Shown: piece after piece, positions 35,991 to 49,349 of the stretch
Layout of the letters: every line of letters begins with the position of its first letter
Numbering within the stretch: position 1 is the stretch's first letter
Assembly: GCA_013239625.1 (NCBI GenBank)
Contig: MU054220.1
Coordinates: 2,479,374-2,543,373 of the forward strand
DNA length: 64,000 nucleotides
Origin: Lama guanicoe
Taxonomy: Eukaryota
Direction of reading: 5' to 3'
Made by a program: the position numbers and the translations under genes
The notes under the pieces: generated by a model
The model's input: only the letters and a program-made list of their open reading frames with translations
Database searches by the model: none
What the model was told of the DNA's origin: nothing

Positions 35991-38210
35991 GGGGTCCACT
36001 CTGCACCTAGGAAGAGGAGCCTGAAGGCCCAGCTGCCCCCTGCTGCCAGAGCACAGGCTTGACAGCATTCCCCCAGGGTGTCAGCTTTCCCCACCCGCCT
36101 GGTCAGGCCGCCCCGTGACAGCTGCCCAGCCTGGAGATTAGTCACCCGAACACACCACCTGATGCTAGTGTCACCCAGAAAACAAAAGGCCACAGTCAGT
36201 GGGGGAAGGGGTGGCAGGCGCTCTGCAGTGAGGGGTGACCCTGCCCGCTGCCCCAGACCCAGACCCAGGCTGACAAGAGGGGCCGGGGGGAGGAGGTCGC
36301 CTGCCCACCACCTCCCCACACAGTGCTCCCTGGCGCTCTGGCCCACATGCTGCCCACAGGTGTCCTCAGCTGCCTGAAGCTGCAGTCACTACAAGGGGGA
36401 GCAAGGCAGGCTGGTGCTGTGTGACCGTTGCAAAGCAGTCCCCTCGTGGGTCTCAGTTTCCTTGTTTGTCCAAGGAGGTTGTCAGACTGGCTGATTTGAC
36501 ATTTTATGACAAGCTCTCCTTTAAGGCACCCACGCCTCTATACTCCCAGCACTCCCTGCCCCCAGGCCCGAGGCTTCCTGTTCCTCTGGTCTCCATAGAA
36601 ACCCCTGTCCTCTGGTCAGCAGCTGCCTGACTCCTGACTTCCTACGTCTGCCGAGGCTTCTTCTGAGTCGGGTCAGAAGCCAGGCCTGGTCCCAGGCCTG
36701 TCCCAGCCTTTCTTCTGCCTGCTCTGAAGCCTCTTCCCACAGCACAGGCCTGAGCGGCAGCTTCCTCTCACCTCATGCTCTGTCACCTTCCACTCCCCAC
36801 ACAGTACATGTAAAGGTCACCGGAGGAGGCCCTACAGGGTTCTGACACCAACAGCAGAGAAAAACAGCTGCCCCACAGCCTCCTGGTGGGGAACCTGGGG
36901 GAAGCCTGTCACACCCAAAGAGGATAGCGGGGAAAGGACTCATGGGCCCCACCAACATCCGGTCGGCTGCAGGGAGCCTGGGGAGGACAGAGGATGCCAC
37001 ACAGAGACGTGCACGGTGCTGTCTGGCTTGCACCCTTGATGAACAGCAACGAGTGCGGCTGCGGGCGGCTGAGCTGAGGCAGCTGCCGGGGGTGAGTGGA
37101 CATGAGTGTCCCAGCTTCAACAGCTATTGGCTAGAAGGGCTGGGACTCCTGGCCTCCCAGCCCAAACTGTCTCATCCCCTATGTTCATTTCAGTGGAAGA
37201 GCCCATGGGCTTTGGAATCCTATGTCTACCACTGCTTTTCTGGACTGACCAACAAGCTTTTCTGAGTCTCAATTTTCTCATCTGCAAAATGGGCATGATA
37301 CTACATAGTTTAGAAGGTTTGATCTAAGGGAGATTCGGCTGAGATGATGATATAAAGCACCTGACAATGCCCAGCATTGAGAAGGGACATGGCAGGGCCT
37401 ATACCCACAGCAGACATCAGGGTGTGTGGATCATGCCACCCCCCTGGGGTTTATCTCTGCCTACGGTGGGGGTGGGAATCCAGAAAGGGAAGCAGAAGTA
37501 CCCAGGATGGCCACCACCCACCACACGAGGAACAGAGCCTGGCAGAAGGAGCCACCTGGGTATCTGCTCATGCTGTTGACAAATGCCTGCTGCCCCTGGC
37601 ACCAGGCCTGGTCCCTAGGGACTCCTCTGCCACTAGAGGCCACCCTGTGGGATTCAGCCAGAGTGCACATTCTACGCTGTGTGCAGGGCCCCACATGCCC
37701 CTCTTCCTGGTGAAGGCTGGGAATGGTGTGTGGTGGCCACACTTGCAGCAGCTCCAGAGCTGGGGCCTGGAGCTGCTTCCCTAGGGGACGGCTGATCAGA
37801 GCCACCTCTGGCTGCTTTGCTCCCACAGCCCTGAGGTTGCAGGGAAGGAGGCGGGGGGCCTGCCTGGGGCCCTGCAAAGCAGGGTTTCGAGGTCTTTACT
37901 CACTAAAGGGATCCTGCCAAAATCAAACCAAACCAAGCCAAACCAAAATGCACACTGAGGAACAGGGGGGCCTGGATGCAAGGTAAAGGAGGCAACTGGG
38001 CCAGTAATGTTTACCTCAACAGGGGCTGCCCTGGCAGGCACAGGAGCTTAGCCTACCCTTTCCCATTCCCTTTCCATCAGCTTCAGGAGCCTTGACTGGG
38101 GATGGTGGTGCCTAGGCCCACCCGGATCCACCCAGACCCAGACCCACCCAGACAGATCCAGAAGAGGAGGGAGCAGAAGGCAAGGAAAGGTTGAGGGGAG
38201 CCCCTTTGAC

Positions 38211-38520
38211 CTGATCAGGAAGGCAGGGAGGCAGGCAGGAGGTGGGGGAGCCGGTGGGGGCCGGGGTCCCTGCTGGCAGGCAAGCCGGGCTCTGGCTCCA
38301 GCTCCAGCTCCAGGCTGCCGGCCTCCGGCTGAGCAAGTCCTAGTTTGGAGAGCAAGCTGCTGTGGCTGCTCCTCTGCCCCTCCCCCTCGCCACCCTCCTC
38401 CCCCAGCCTGAGACAGCCGTTATGAAAATAACCCGATTGGTAACCGACTGCACTTCCTCTCCCAGCAGTGCAGCAGGCGGCGGTGGGCGGGCGGGCACAC
38501 ACGCGCCTCGCCTCCTGGCT
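38211..38520 (-). promoter_or_regulatory. DGKZ: Candidate internal DGKZ promoter and non-coding first exon for the long isoform
   Basis: Local CpG enrichment, CCAAT and GGAAGT motifs at 38430-38460, no ATG seen in the 140 nt before the donor CAG|GTCAAA at 38210; the 33.8 kb coding exon has its own acceptor and so probably needs an upstream exon. Confidence 0.45.
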
Positions 38521-39012
38521 TCTCTTCCCAAAGTCCCCAGAGCCAGGCTGAGCAACAGCCCAGTATCCTCCTGTCTACCTGGCACCTGTCTCAGTGCAGC
38601 CCCTGCCTCAGCTTCGGGGGGGGGGGTGGTGAGTGGGGGTCACCCACTGGTCAGGTTTTCTGGGGTCTGAGGAAAGCATCTGAGACAGCTAAGCATTGGC
38701 TCCAGACAGGATAACCACAAAAATAAATATCTGTGGAGTGTTTCCCAACTTACAAAGTACTTTTTCACAAGCACTATCAGATATGAGGCTTATAATTCCC
38801 CAGTACAAGTGGCATTTCAGTCCCAGCTGAACCACCAGGGTACCTGAGACTGGTGGAGGCCTGGGATTTCCCATAGCTCAGAAGTGGCTGGGCTGGGCCT
38901 CTCAGTCCTGCTAAGGGGGCCTGAAAGATTTAGGAGAGGCCAGCTCATGTCACACTCACGCCATCCAGAATGCCACCCCTCAGTCTACCCTCCTCGCCCC
39001 TGGGGTCTAGAG

Positions 39013-40265
39013 TGGCAGTTCTCAAACTTCTTGGTCTCAGGACCCCTATACATTCTTAAAAATTATTGAAGATCCCCAAATGGTTTCATTTATGGGGGTT
39101 ATAGCTATTAATATTTACCATATTAGAAATTAATACTGAGTAATGGTTAAAATACTATTTGTTACTTTAAAAACAATAAGCCCATGACCTGTTAATATAA
39201 ATAACATACTTTTATGAAAAATAAACTGTATCTTCTAAAACAAAAAAAAATTAGCAGGAAGAGTGACGTTTTAAATTTTTGCAAACCTCTAATGTCTAGT
39301 TTAACAGAAGACAACTGGATACTAATACCTGCCTCTGTGGTCAATCTGTTGTGATATGTTGTTTTGGTTGAAGTATATGAAGAAAATTCTGCCTCACACT
39401 GACATGTAGTTAGAAAAGGAAGGAGCATTTTACTAGCCTTTTCAGGCAATTACAGATATTATTCTCTGCTACTACACCAAAATATGACAAGAAGCAGTTT
39501 CTCAAAGGTCAGCAGCTACATAGGATCTGAAACGGTATCAATGAACTTTTCACTGGTCTGTCTTGCACTTTGAATTTTGAAACATCAAACATTGGTCATT
39601 CGAAAATGTTGGTTCACCGAGTTAGGCAGATCTCTGGATACTGGATACAAAGTTTTGAAAATTCTGATTTTTGCTCAAAAGCTCAAATTTTATCAGTAGC
39701 AACAAATATTGATACTGTTTTTGAAGTGACAAAGCTAATAACTTCATTCATTTTTGAGAAAATGTCTGCCAAATACCTAGGTCTGAAGGGTTTTTGTCTG
39801 TCAAGTATTCTTTCAAGACAAAATGGTGTTCCTTTAAAAAAGGGACAAATAGAGCTTGCAACTCAGTCACAAAAGTGCTTTTCAAGACAACCATCATAGT
39901 TCAGTTTGCAGCAAAATGCCTTATGTAAATTTCACATTTCTTCACACAGGCTATTTAAAAAGACATATACTCAAGGATCTAGGCTTTATAAAGTTAATAT
40001 ATTTACGGTATTTTTTGTTGTTGTGAGTTGGGGGTGAAGAATACAATGGCTACGTGTCTATGTTGGGGCCACTGCCTTGGTCTGTGCCAAAGGTTCTGGC
40101 AGCTTCCCTTTACATTGCTTTCACACCATTAGTACAAACACTAACACAGTGAAAGGTGCACAAATCGAGGCAGCCCTGAAAGCATTATTATGAAAATCGT
40201 TTTGACCTCACCAATCCCCTGTAAGGGTCAGGGGCACCCCCAAGACCACACTGTGGGAACTCCTG
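39013..40265. mobile_element. hAT-Charlie DNA transposon fossil (Charlie1a-like), about 1.25 kb
   Basis: Left end GCAGTTCTCAAACTTCTTGGTCTCAGGACCCCTATACATTCTTAAAAATTATTGA, right end GACCACACTGTGGGAACTCCTG; AT-rich interior contrasting with the locus. Confidence 0.85.
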
Positions 40266-41394
40266 ATTTGAACGAATTCTACAGCCTCCCACCCAGCAAA
40301 TGTGACACTAACTTGGCCTCCTACATCTTGACACAACCCTGGGTTCTAACCAAGGCAACCTATTCTCTGTCTGCTAATCTGGCTGAGCCCAAGCTCACTG
40401 CTGTGTCCTTGCACATGTCATGTCTCCTGCCTGGAATACTGGCCTCCTTTCCCACCTCATATCAAAATCCCACCTGCTCACAGCTGCCCAGCCAAGAGTA
40501 CATCACTCCCACTGATGACACCACACCACCCATCTGGCTCCTCAGCCAGGGGACTCTTGGAAAGTCCCGATTCTCTCAAATCCATATGCCTTGTTTCTCC
40601 CACCCACCAGACTATAAGCTCCTGGGGGGCCAGGGGCCTGGTCTAGAGCATCCAGGCATGCCCAGCATGGTGTCTGGCAGTGAGTCTGGTGTTTACCACT
40701 GATCAGCTCAGGAGGACAGGACAGGGAATTCCATGGGGGAGGGGCCAGAGCCATAGGGAAGAGAAGGGCTTCCTCCACCTTGGGTACCACACTTGAGGGA
40801 TGACCACAAGGCCCAGGCTACTTCTTTTTGTTGGGCACAAAGGGGTGGCATCTGGCTTTGTTTTGGCAGAGACCTTCCTTCCTCTCCTCTCCAGAGGACC
40901 CAGAGTGACAGCTGAGGCCCCTTTCTGGGCTGGGTGCCACTGCCAACTCTGCACTCTCCACAGCTTTCCTTATGAAACCTGGCAACGGGGTTTGGCCACA
41001 TGAAGTCACAAGGTGGTGGTGTGGGCAAGGAGGGTAGAGGAGAGGCTGCCTCAGGTGCCTGGGGGCCCGGCCAGGACCCCAGCTCTGAGTTCCATGCTGA
41101 AACTCCCCCTACCCCAGTCTCTCTCTCCTTCACATCCTGAGTCCCCCATCCCAGGGTCCGGTTCCTGGGAGGCCCTGAAGAAATGTGTGTGGAATTAATG
41201 ACTGACTGACTCATTTCTTCAGAGCCTCCCCTCCAAGCTATCCTCCCACTGCCACTAGAATTCATTCTAAAGTGCCCACTGGCCCTGGATTGGCTCTACT
41301 GTTAGCGGAGCAGAATGTAAAGACCTGGGCCTGCCAGTCAACAGTCTCAGCCTCTTCTCCCATCCCTCTTTCATACTTTTTACATTTTATTGAC

Positions 41395-41560
41395 AAATAT
41401 ATAGCCCACTCTGTGCCAGACACTGTTCTAGCATTTTACAATATTAACTCACTTAATTTCATAAAAGTAATAGCATTATTATCCCTATTTTACAGATGAG
41501 GAAACTCAAGCACAGAGAGATTAAATACCTTGCCTGCCATCTCGCAGAGTCCATGCTCTC
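41395..41560 (-). mobile_element. MIR SINE
   Basis: ATTATCCCTATTTTACAGATGAGGAAACTCAAGCACAGAGAGATTAAAT. Confidence 0.8.
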
Positions 41561-42744
41561 AAACCCTCACTCTACCTCCAGATGCTTCTGTCAAACAAAG
41601 CTCCACAGGTCTCTTCCTGCCTGTGCACTTGGCACCTGGCAGTCCCTCTACCTGGAGTCCCATTCTCTTCTTCTGCTCAGTGAACGTTCCTTCCTCTTTT
41701 TCCTCTCATTTTTTCAGAGTTGGCTCAGATATATCTGCCCTGCCAGAAAGTTCTCCCCATCCTCCTCTCCCATGGGGTTAGCTGCTCCCACGCTCAGGCC
41801 CTCTCTCGGTTATTCTGGGCCGTCAGCTCTGATTTACGACTCTGTATCCCTCACCAAACTGTGCGCCCCGGGGACGATGTGTTGCTCGTAATTGCATCCC
41901 CAGGGCCCAGAAGTGCCGGAGGTGGTTTGAAGAGTGAATGGAGGGAAAAGAGAACGATCCAGGCTCAGCCTCCTGGATCACACTGAGAGGCAGGAGCTGG
42001 CCAGCCCTTGAGGCCCTCCTGCCAGCACTGGGTGGATAAGTTGCTGGTTTGGGCTGATCTCTTCTGTCTCACAGGCACACACTGAAACTGATCTCTGATG
42101 GGAATACCGATATGTCTCCCTCTGAGTTTCCTGACACCTTGCTGGGAGTGTTACAAAGTCCCTGTTGGCCTCATGTCTCCCTTCTCTTGTGCCTCGTCCC
42201 TCTCATTGCCTTCTCCTGTGTCTGCACAGGCTCCCATTCCCCATCTGCCAGGAGCAGCATTCCCCCTACCCCCACCTCCCTTATTCAAAATTTAATGCCC
42301 CCTCTGAATCTTCTGACCAAGTTGCTCCCTCCTCCAACCCCTTGAAGATCTTCTTAGAATCAGCTGTCAACCCCCAGGGCCCTGCCCTGCCTCCCAGGCT
42401 TCACATGCTCCACACAGGGTTTTTTTTTCCCTTGCCTCAAAGGCAGAAAAATCTGTCTAAAATCTCTGAGAGGTCACAGGGGTCAAAGATCTTTTCTAAG
42501 GATTTGGACTCCAAGGTCCAGAGGTGTTTGGCCTCTGATCAGCTCTCTACGACCTCAAGCCAAGTCTCTTACCCTGGGGCTGGGCCTCAATGTCCTCACC
42601 TGATTATGGGGATAACACCCAGCTTGTCTTCCTCATGGGACTACTGCAAGCTTGAAAGAGAAAGTGTTTGTTCACGGTAACCCATTCCTTGGTTTACCAA
42701 AACCTTAAAGACAGAAAATAACTCCAGAGGCCTAAAAATCTGGA

Positions 42745-43322
42745 TCACTTTAGAGCACAACTTGGCAACAACTATCTAAGCTGAAGATACACCGCCCTGT
42801 AACCAAGCACCGGTGGACAGACACACAGGAAGCTGTGTACCAGCAGTCTCTGAAGGCTTGCCTGCAACGGCAAAAAACCTGCCAACAACCTAAATGTCCA
42901 TCAACAGGAGAATGGGCAAAGAAGCCGCCAGTCACAGAAGGGAATAATAACTGGCAGTTAAAATGGGTTCACACTAGAACGCGTGTTTCAAGACGGTTAA
43001 ATCTCCAAACCAATATGGAGGGAAAAACCTAAAATCAGAATATGTATGATATGCCATTTAACTCAAGTACAAAGCCATATAAAACACTATGTGTTGCTAT
43101 GAATGCACACATATGTAGGAAAAAATTTGAAACAGCCATGAGAATATAAACACCCAAATCAGGGTTGTGGCTTCTTCTGGAGAGGGAAACACGGAGGCGT
43201 CCATCTCTAAGGCAAACACGCATAGTGGTTAAGATTTGACCAAGTGAAGTGGTAGGTGTTACATTAATCTGTATACTCTACTCATGGTAAAATATTTAAT
43301 GCTTTTTAAAAAGATTAAAAAA
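42745..43322 (+). mobile_element. Ancient L1 (L1M/L1ME-type) 3' fragment
   Basis: CAACAACCTAAATGTCCATCAACAGGAGAATGG and ATGATATGCCATTTA motifs typical of L1 ORF2 end/3' UTR; A-rich end. Confidence 0.7.
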
Positions 43323-46300
43323 AAATGACCCCCAGAGGAAGAATAGTTCTCTAGAGTTGCCCTGGGTTTTCCACGGATGGGTTTCAGCAGCAGGGAACCC
43401 CAAGCGTTCCTTAAACAGTCTCACGGTAGGAACCCCATGTCTGCAGGGCTGGAAGGAAGGTCCCCCTTGAAAGGATGCCTTTCAGAGGAGGGCTAGCAGG
43501 TGACAGGTTGTGTCAGTGGAGTGCCTGTGTGGGTGGGGGAGCAGGAACCAGCTTGCCCCCTTTCACAACCACCCCCGCCTCAGTAAAATGTCAGCAGCAA
43601 GCTGGGGAAGGGGGTTGGGGGTGTGGAGAGACAGGCAAGCTGTTAACCCACGAGATGCTGGGGCGTGGGCGGCGCAGGCCCAGGCTCCCAGACAGCTATT
43701 TTGGCTCAGCCCTGGCAGGGGAGAGGCCTCTAAGTGGGAGCTTTGAACTGGTCTTCTGCCAGGTGCAAGGTGGGATGGAGGGAGGGGGCTGTGCCCTCCT
43801 CCCAAGCACCTCTCCCCAGGCACAGGGCACCCACTAACCCCAGGGTGATATCAGGGGCTCCTCCGAACATGTCCCTTGAGTCTTCTGCTCCTTGCACTCT
43901 GAAAGCAAGATAAAAAGGTCCCAGCCTTGCTCCTCCCCTCTAGATCCAGCTAGGGAGCCAGATGACAACCTGCTTACAACCCTGGTCTCTCTACTTAAGG
44001 GTCTCCCCAGCCCAGCCTTGCTCCCTATGAAGCTAGGATCCTGGCGGCAGTTCTCCCTTGGGGTCCAGGCACAGACCACCTCAAGGGCCTCACCTAACTC
44101 CCACACAAGACAAAAATCTCGCAATTTCAAGGAGCACTCAAACCCCTTCTTAGGCTCCATGGCAGTTTGGTGATGGGAAAACAAAAGAATGAAAGAAAAG
44201 AGTGCTAGTAAGTAGACCAGCCTGGGGTTGCAAAAAGATAACTTGGGTTTGGGCTCTGGCATGAGGTGCACAATCCTGGGCCAGGCCCCTGACCTCTCTG
44301 AGCCTTGGTGTCTTATCTGTAAAACAGGAATAAAATCAACTACAAGGTTGTTGAGAGGGTTACATGAAATGGATGGATTTACAAGCTTCTGGCCACTGTT
44401 AATCACCAGAGAAAGACAAGCTGGCACACCACTCACCTGGAGGCAGGGGAGTGTAAGCAGGGGTGGGAGGGCCCATCACCTCAGCCTCTCCCTCCTCTAC
44501 CTGGGCCACAGAGCCCAGGTCTCATCACACCTGCTCATGCCTCTGGTACCTCAGCCAAAGAAAAGGGCAGAAGAGGAAAGATGGCAGACTGATAGGTCAA
44601 GGGCATCTGGTCACTGCTCTGGTCTGTTTTTTTCTACCTGAAACTTCTAAGGCTCCCACCATGACTGGAGTGCCAGGCAGGCCCTGTGCTGAGAACTGTG
44701 GGGGTGGGGAACCACATCTCAGGCCCTATGTGAGGCTGAAACCCTACAGGCATCAGAGGTCCCCACATGAAACACAGAGGAAGCAGTACATGGGAGAAGA
44801 CATGAGTGCTTGGCTCCAGCCAGAGGCGCACCTGCTAATCTCTCCCAGGAACAAGGGGAGTTGGTGAGCCTGGATGCAGGTGCAGCGTTCACGCCTTCTT
44901 ACCCCTGGACTCCCCGTGCAGACTTAGAGAACTGCTCAGGTGGTGGCAGCAGCCTCCAAGGGGAGAAGCAGAGGCAGCAGAGAGGAGGGGAGGCAGAGGG
45001 CAGGTTGGAAGGTACCAGGTGAGGACTTCTCAGAAAGCAGGAAAGGCTTTGGGGTCCTGTGATGTGGAACAGACTGACATGACCCTGGAGTCAGGGGACT
45101 GGCATTGAAGTCCCAGAAAACCCCTAGCTAGCTGTGAGACAGTGGCCCAGTCAAGGCCGCCTCACTGGGCCCCAATCTTGGCGGCCGGGGAGGGAAAGGG
45201 GCTGGGCCAGGTGATGTGGAAGCTCACGCCCAGCCTGCCTTCTGCCACCTACTGACTGGCCCCGCCCTGGCAGCTAGAGCATCAGGTAGCTCAGCAGCCC
45301 AAGGTATGCCTGGCTCCACCCACAGCAGGCTTCTGGCATAAGGGGACTAGCTGGAAAGAGACTCTCCCCTCTCACTGCCCTCCCCACGGTGGTAGCTGTC
45401 GCCCCCTTGTGACACTCTAGCAATAGTGCAGGGCAGCTTCTCAGTCAGCTTCTGGACCTGGAAAACTCTCAAGCTTTTGTCCAGGTACAGGGACCCAACC
45501 TTTGCTTCTCCTAGGGACCAGCTCAGGCCAAGCCTCAGGGCCTGCGTGCCCACTCGCCTCCCCCTCTGCTTGAGGGTGATTCGTGAATTCTGGAGAGGGC
45601 TCCAGGAAGCAGAGGAGGCCGGGCCTCCTCTTCCTGACCTCGGGGTTGCCCAGGGTCAGTCAGTCCTTCCTCTGTCCCTGCCTGGAAGGACACCAACTCT
45701 CACGCTCTTTTTTGCCAAGTGAGAGTCTGGGACAGCTCTGCATCCTGAGATTTGACCTTTTTGGAGTATGACACGGACAGAAAGATGACAAGAGCTGCCT
45801 ATCCCCTCCCCTGGCCTGTAAGCCAGAGACTGGGGTAAGACTGGGGGATCCTACCCGAGTTCCTGACCTGGCCGGCTTCACACTGGCACATGGGGAGCAG
45901 GCAGGGCAAGGTGAGCCAATGCACGGCTCAGCCACTGAGGCCCCTTTTTCTTCCCCAACTGGCAGGAACCCAGGGACTCAGGCTTGTACCTGCCTCCCTT
46001 GGCCACTTGGGCCTCTCCCAGTATTCACCTGAGCAAGACAGATCTCTCAGAGAGGCACCATTTGCTCCCAGACATTCTGGCGCCACAGAAGGGGCTCTCG
46101 CCTCTCAACATGAGGCATCCCTCAACAAGTCCCTTCCAGATCATTGCAAAACCAACCCCAACTGACCGGGGCTGTTTCTGCTCAGGCTGCCCGGGGGGCA
46201 CACTCTGCTGTCCTGGACTTCAGGACCATACGTACTTGGCCCTGGGCAGCATCATCTCTAAATGGGACCTACTGTCTCAAACTTGTTCCACAAGTGCATT

Positions 46301-47626
46301 TCCTGCCCTCTGGGAACTAATGACTTTAAGCACTAATGAAGGGCAGGGGTGGCAGAGCCAATGCTCAGTCTCCCAAGGGCTCTGCATGCAGAGGCTCCTT
46401 CTGTCTAGATGTGTGAAGTGCCAGCTAATTTCTGATGCCCCTGGAGTGCAAAATCAGCTAATCCACAGGCTGCATGACCTGCCCAGGGTCAGGCTGCTGG
46501 GACCGGGCCAGAGGGTTAGGGAGTCCTCTCCAGGTGGGCCCTGGAAGACGAGAAGGAGGCAGAGTTAACTTTCATCCCACTTCCAACTGACCACCCCTCA
46601 GGCCAATAGAATCTGAAAGGTTAAAACAGAGGAAAACCCAGATGTGCTAGTATTAGGGCAGGGCCTATACCTCCTCATCCAGGAGGGGCCGATGGTTTCC
46701 AGCAAGGATAGGCGAGGTGGAATGGAGCTGCGGAGGAGCACAGCTCAGCCGTGTGTCATACTGGGCTAAATAAAAAGGAGAGATGGCAGGCTGCTCCCCA
46801 GATTCCAAGAGAGTGAAGCCAGATGCGGGTGGCTGTGGTAGGCTTTAGGGAAAAGCCTCTTTAAGGAGGCTGCCCTTCAGAGACCATTGTACCTGACCGG
46901 ACCAGGGATGTGGCCAGACACGCGGCCCATGTACCATCACTACCCCTTCCAAGCCCGCAGCAGAGAGCACTAATCGATTCTAGAACTCTACTATAGAGCC
47001 AAGATCTGAATGCGGAATTCCCAACACAGCTTCAGCAGCACCACCAACTTATTTGTTACCCTTGATCATCCCTTCTAGCCACTGTCTATTCGCTCAGCAG
47101 ACCCCGCAGCCACAAGGCCTGAAGTATTTATGGGAAGGAGCAGGAGGCGAACAGGACAGGGGAAACGCAGAGGGCAGATGCCCAACGAGCAGCAAGAGCC
47201 AGGCTGAGAATGAGCACCAAGCCTGGGGGAAAGACGGAGGACTGGTTTCAGCTGGGGCATGGGGAGTTTTACTTGAGACTGGCAACCAGCGAAGGTGGCA
47301 GGACCAAATAAACAGCATTAAAGGGGCAGTGCCAAGACAGGTGCACTATTCCAAATACCTGTCCCCACTCCCTCCAGTCAAAGCAAGGGGAGGGAGGTCA
47401 GCCCTGTGGACACCTGATTCTCCGAGCTCCCAGGCCTATCAAGAGAGTCTTTCCCCCCTCATTGCCCTCTCCCTGACTCCACTGGGTTTTCCAAATACAT
47501 TCACTTCTAAATGCCCCACTGCCCCAGCACAATGCAGGGAACATTCCTTATGTGCTTTCAGAGGTGCTGTTTGATTTTCTTCTCATTAAGCATCCTATAA
47601 GATCACTTACATCCTCAGAGTAACAC

Positions 47627-47792
47627 TTTGGTTCTCAAACTTAGTAGCATCTTAACAGCACCTGGGAAACTTTATAAAATGCCCAGCCCCACCTCCAGAC
47701 CTGATGAGTCAGACACGCCAAAGTTAAGATCTAGGAATCTGTATCTCCTAAAGCTCCCTAGGTCATTGTGATGTTCTGTTTGGGAAGCTGGT
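47627..47792. mobile_element. MER5-like hAT-Charlie MITE
   Basis: TGGTTCTCAAACTT...CACCTGGG...CCCAGCCCCACCTCCAGACC...GGAATCTG...TTTGGGAA. Confidence 0.65.
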
Positions 47793-49349
47793 ATAGAGAA
47801 AGGGATGTGGGTTTTGGTATCAGACCAGAGTTCAAACTCTGTCTCTGTCTCTCACTTGCTATGTGACTCTGGGCAAACTACTCATCTTTGATCCTGTGTT
47901 CTTCTCATCTGTAAAAATGGAGATATAACATCCATCCTGCTTATTTTAGAGAATGATGTAAAGGTACTTGCCGTTCTCTTGCTTCTTATTTGTCCTCCTG
48001 ACTGTGACTGAGGTTCACCCCTACATGCGCACACCTGTGCCCTTCAGAAGGGGCACATGAACAGGTCAGAATAGCCCAACACTTGGTACCCTGTGGGCAG
48101 CGACAGGAAGCCTCTGGCGGAGCCCCTCCCTCTCCCTCACAAGCCTGTGAACACTGGAGGCTACATCCTGCAGAGCTGGGTGTAAACTGCTCCCTCTTGC
48201 AGGGCTGTGGGTGACAAAACAGAGGTACAAGAAACTTTGCGCCCTGCCCTGTTTTTTATGACATTGAAGCCTGCGTGACTTCACAGGAGCCTATGGAGCT
48301 CCATCTGCCAGAGTGAGGATCCAGCTCTCTGTGCTTGGTGACAGTGCAGGTGCAAAGAGCAGGGTCCTGGTTAGGGTAAGGCAGGCAGAGGGCATAGGTC
48401 AGCTTTACAGGGACACCAACCCATACAGAAGAAAACTGCTCATGTTATTGCTGGGTGAAGTCACCTCTGGGAAGGGACAGGGCAAAGCTCGGGGGGCCAA
48501 CGGCCATGAAGCCTCAACAACTGAAGAAAAGTGAGAGGGAGACCTTGGGCAGACTCCAAGTGGTCAGAGTCCAGTCTGAGTTGGCTCTGGGGTCCTGAGC
48601 TGATTGGCTGCAAGCTTCGTGGCCACTGGAGAAGGACAAGGTCAGTCAGAAAAGAGCCCAGGGAGCCAGCTGGGGGTACGCACAGGGCTTCACCTCCCCT
48701 TACCTTACACTAGGGCTGCATAGGCAGGAAGCAGCTCCTGGCCAACACCAGCACCACGGGCTGCCTGCACTCAATCTTTCCACAGCCTCCCCCCCGTTCT
48801 TCACCAGAGTCCCAGTCAAAATCGTCACAGACACAAGATGGTGACATTTGGTGTGCTGGGGGAGGGGGCAAGATGGAACTTGAGCCAGCACAGATTCTAG
48901 ATTGTAGCCCACCCCATCTCTTTCCCAGCAGGCCTGGAAGAGGGTAGGGGGAGAGATGTTCATTGCCTGGCAGAGAAGTTGCGGTCTTCCTCCTAATTAA
49001 GAGCAGTATAAAACTGGTGACCAGCCACCCCCAACCCCAAGGAGAGGCTTAAAATGCTGAATGATTAAGTCAGTGACCAATGCTCCACGACAGGCATGTG
49101 TTCTGACAGTAGTAACAACAAGGCCATGTTCTGCGGATGCCGTGCAGTGGTGGTAGGCATCCCGACCACAGAGAGGACCAGGGTGGCGACGTGACTGCCC
49201 ACCTCACTGGCGCCAGTAGACTCTGAGAGGGCCCTGTTCCATCAGTGTCAATCAAGAAGGAGATCGTGACCAGTCATGGGGGCCCTACCTGCTGGTGCCA
49301 GGGGGTTAAGGTGATTCTGTCTCCCTGCTGGAGAGTTGGAAGCCCCCCT

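Noticed and set aside
39570..39899. 109-aa ORF in an AT-rich block
   Set aside because: Lies within a degenerate Charlie element; no intact transposase motifs seen
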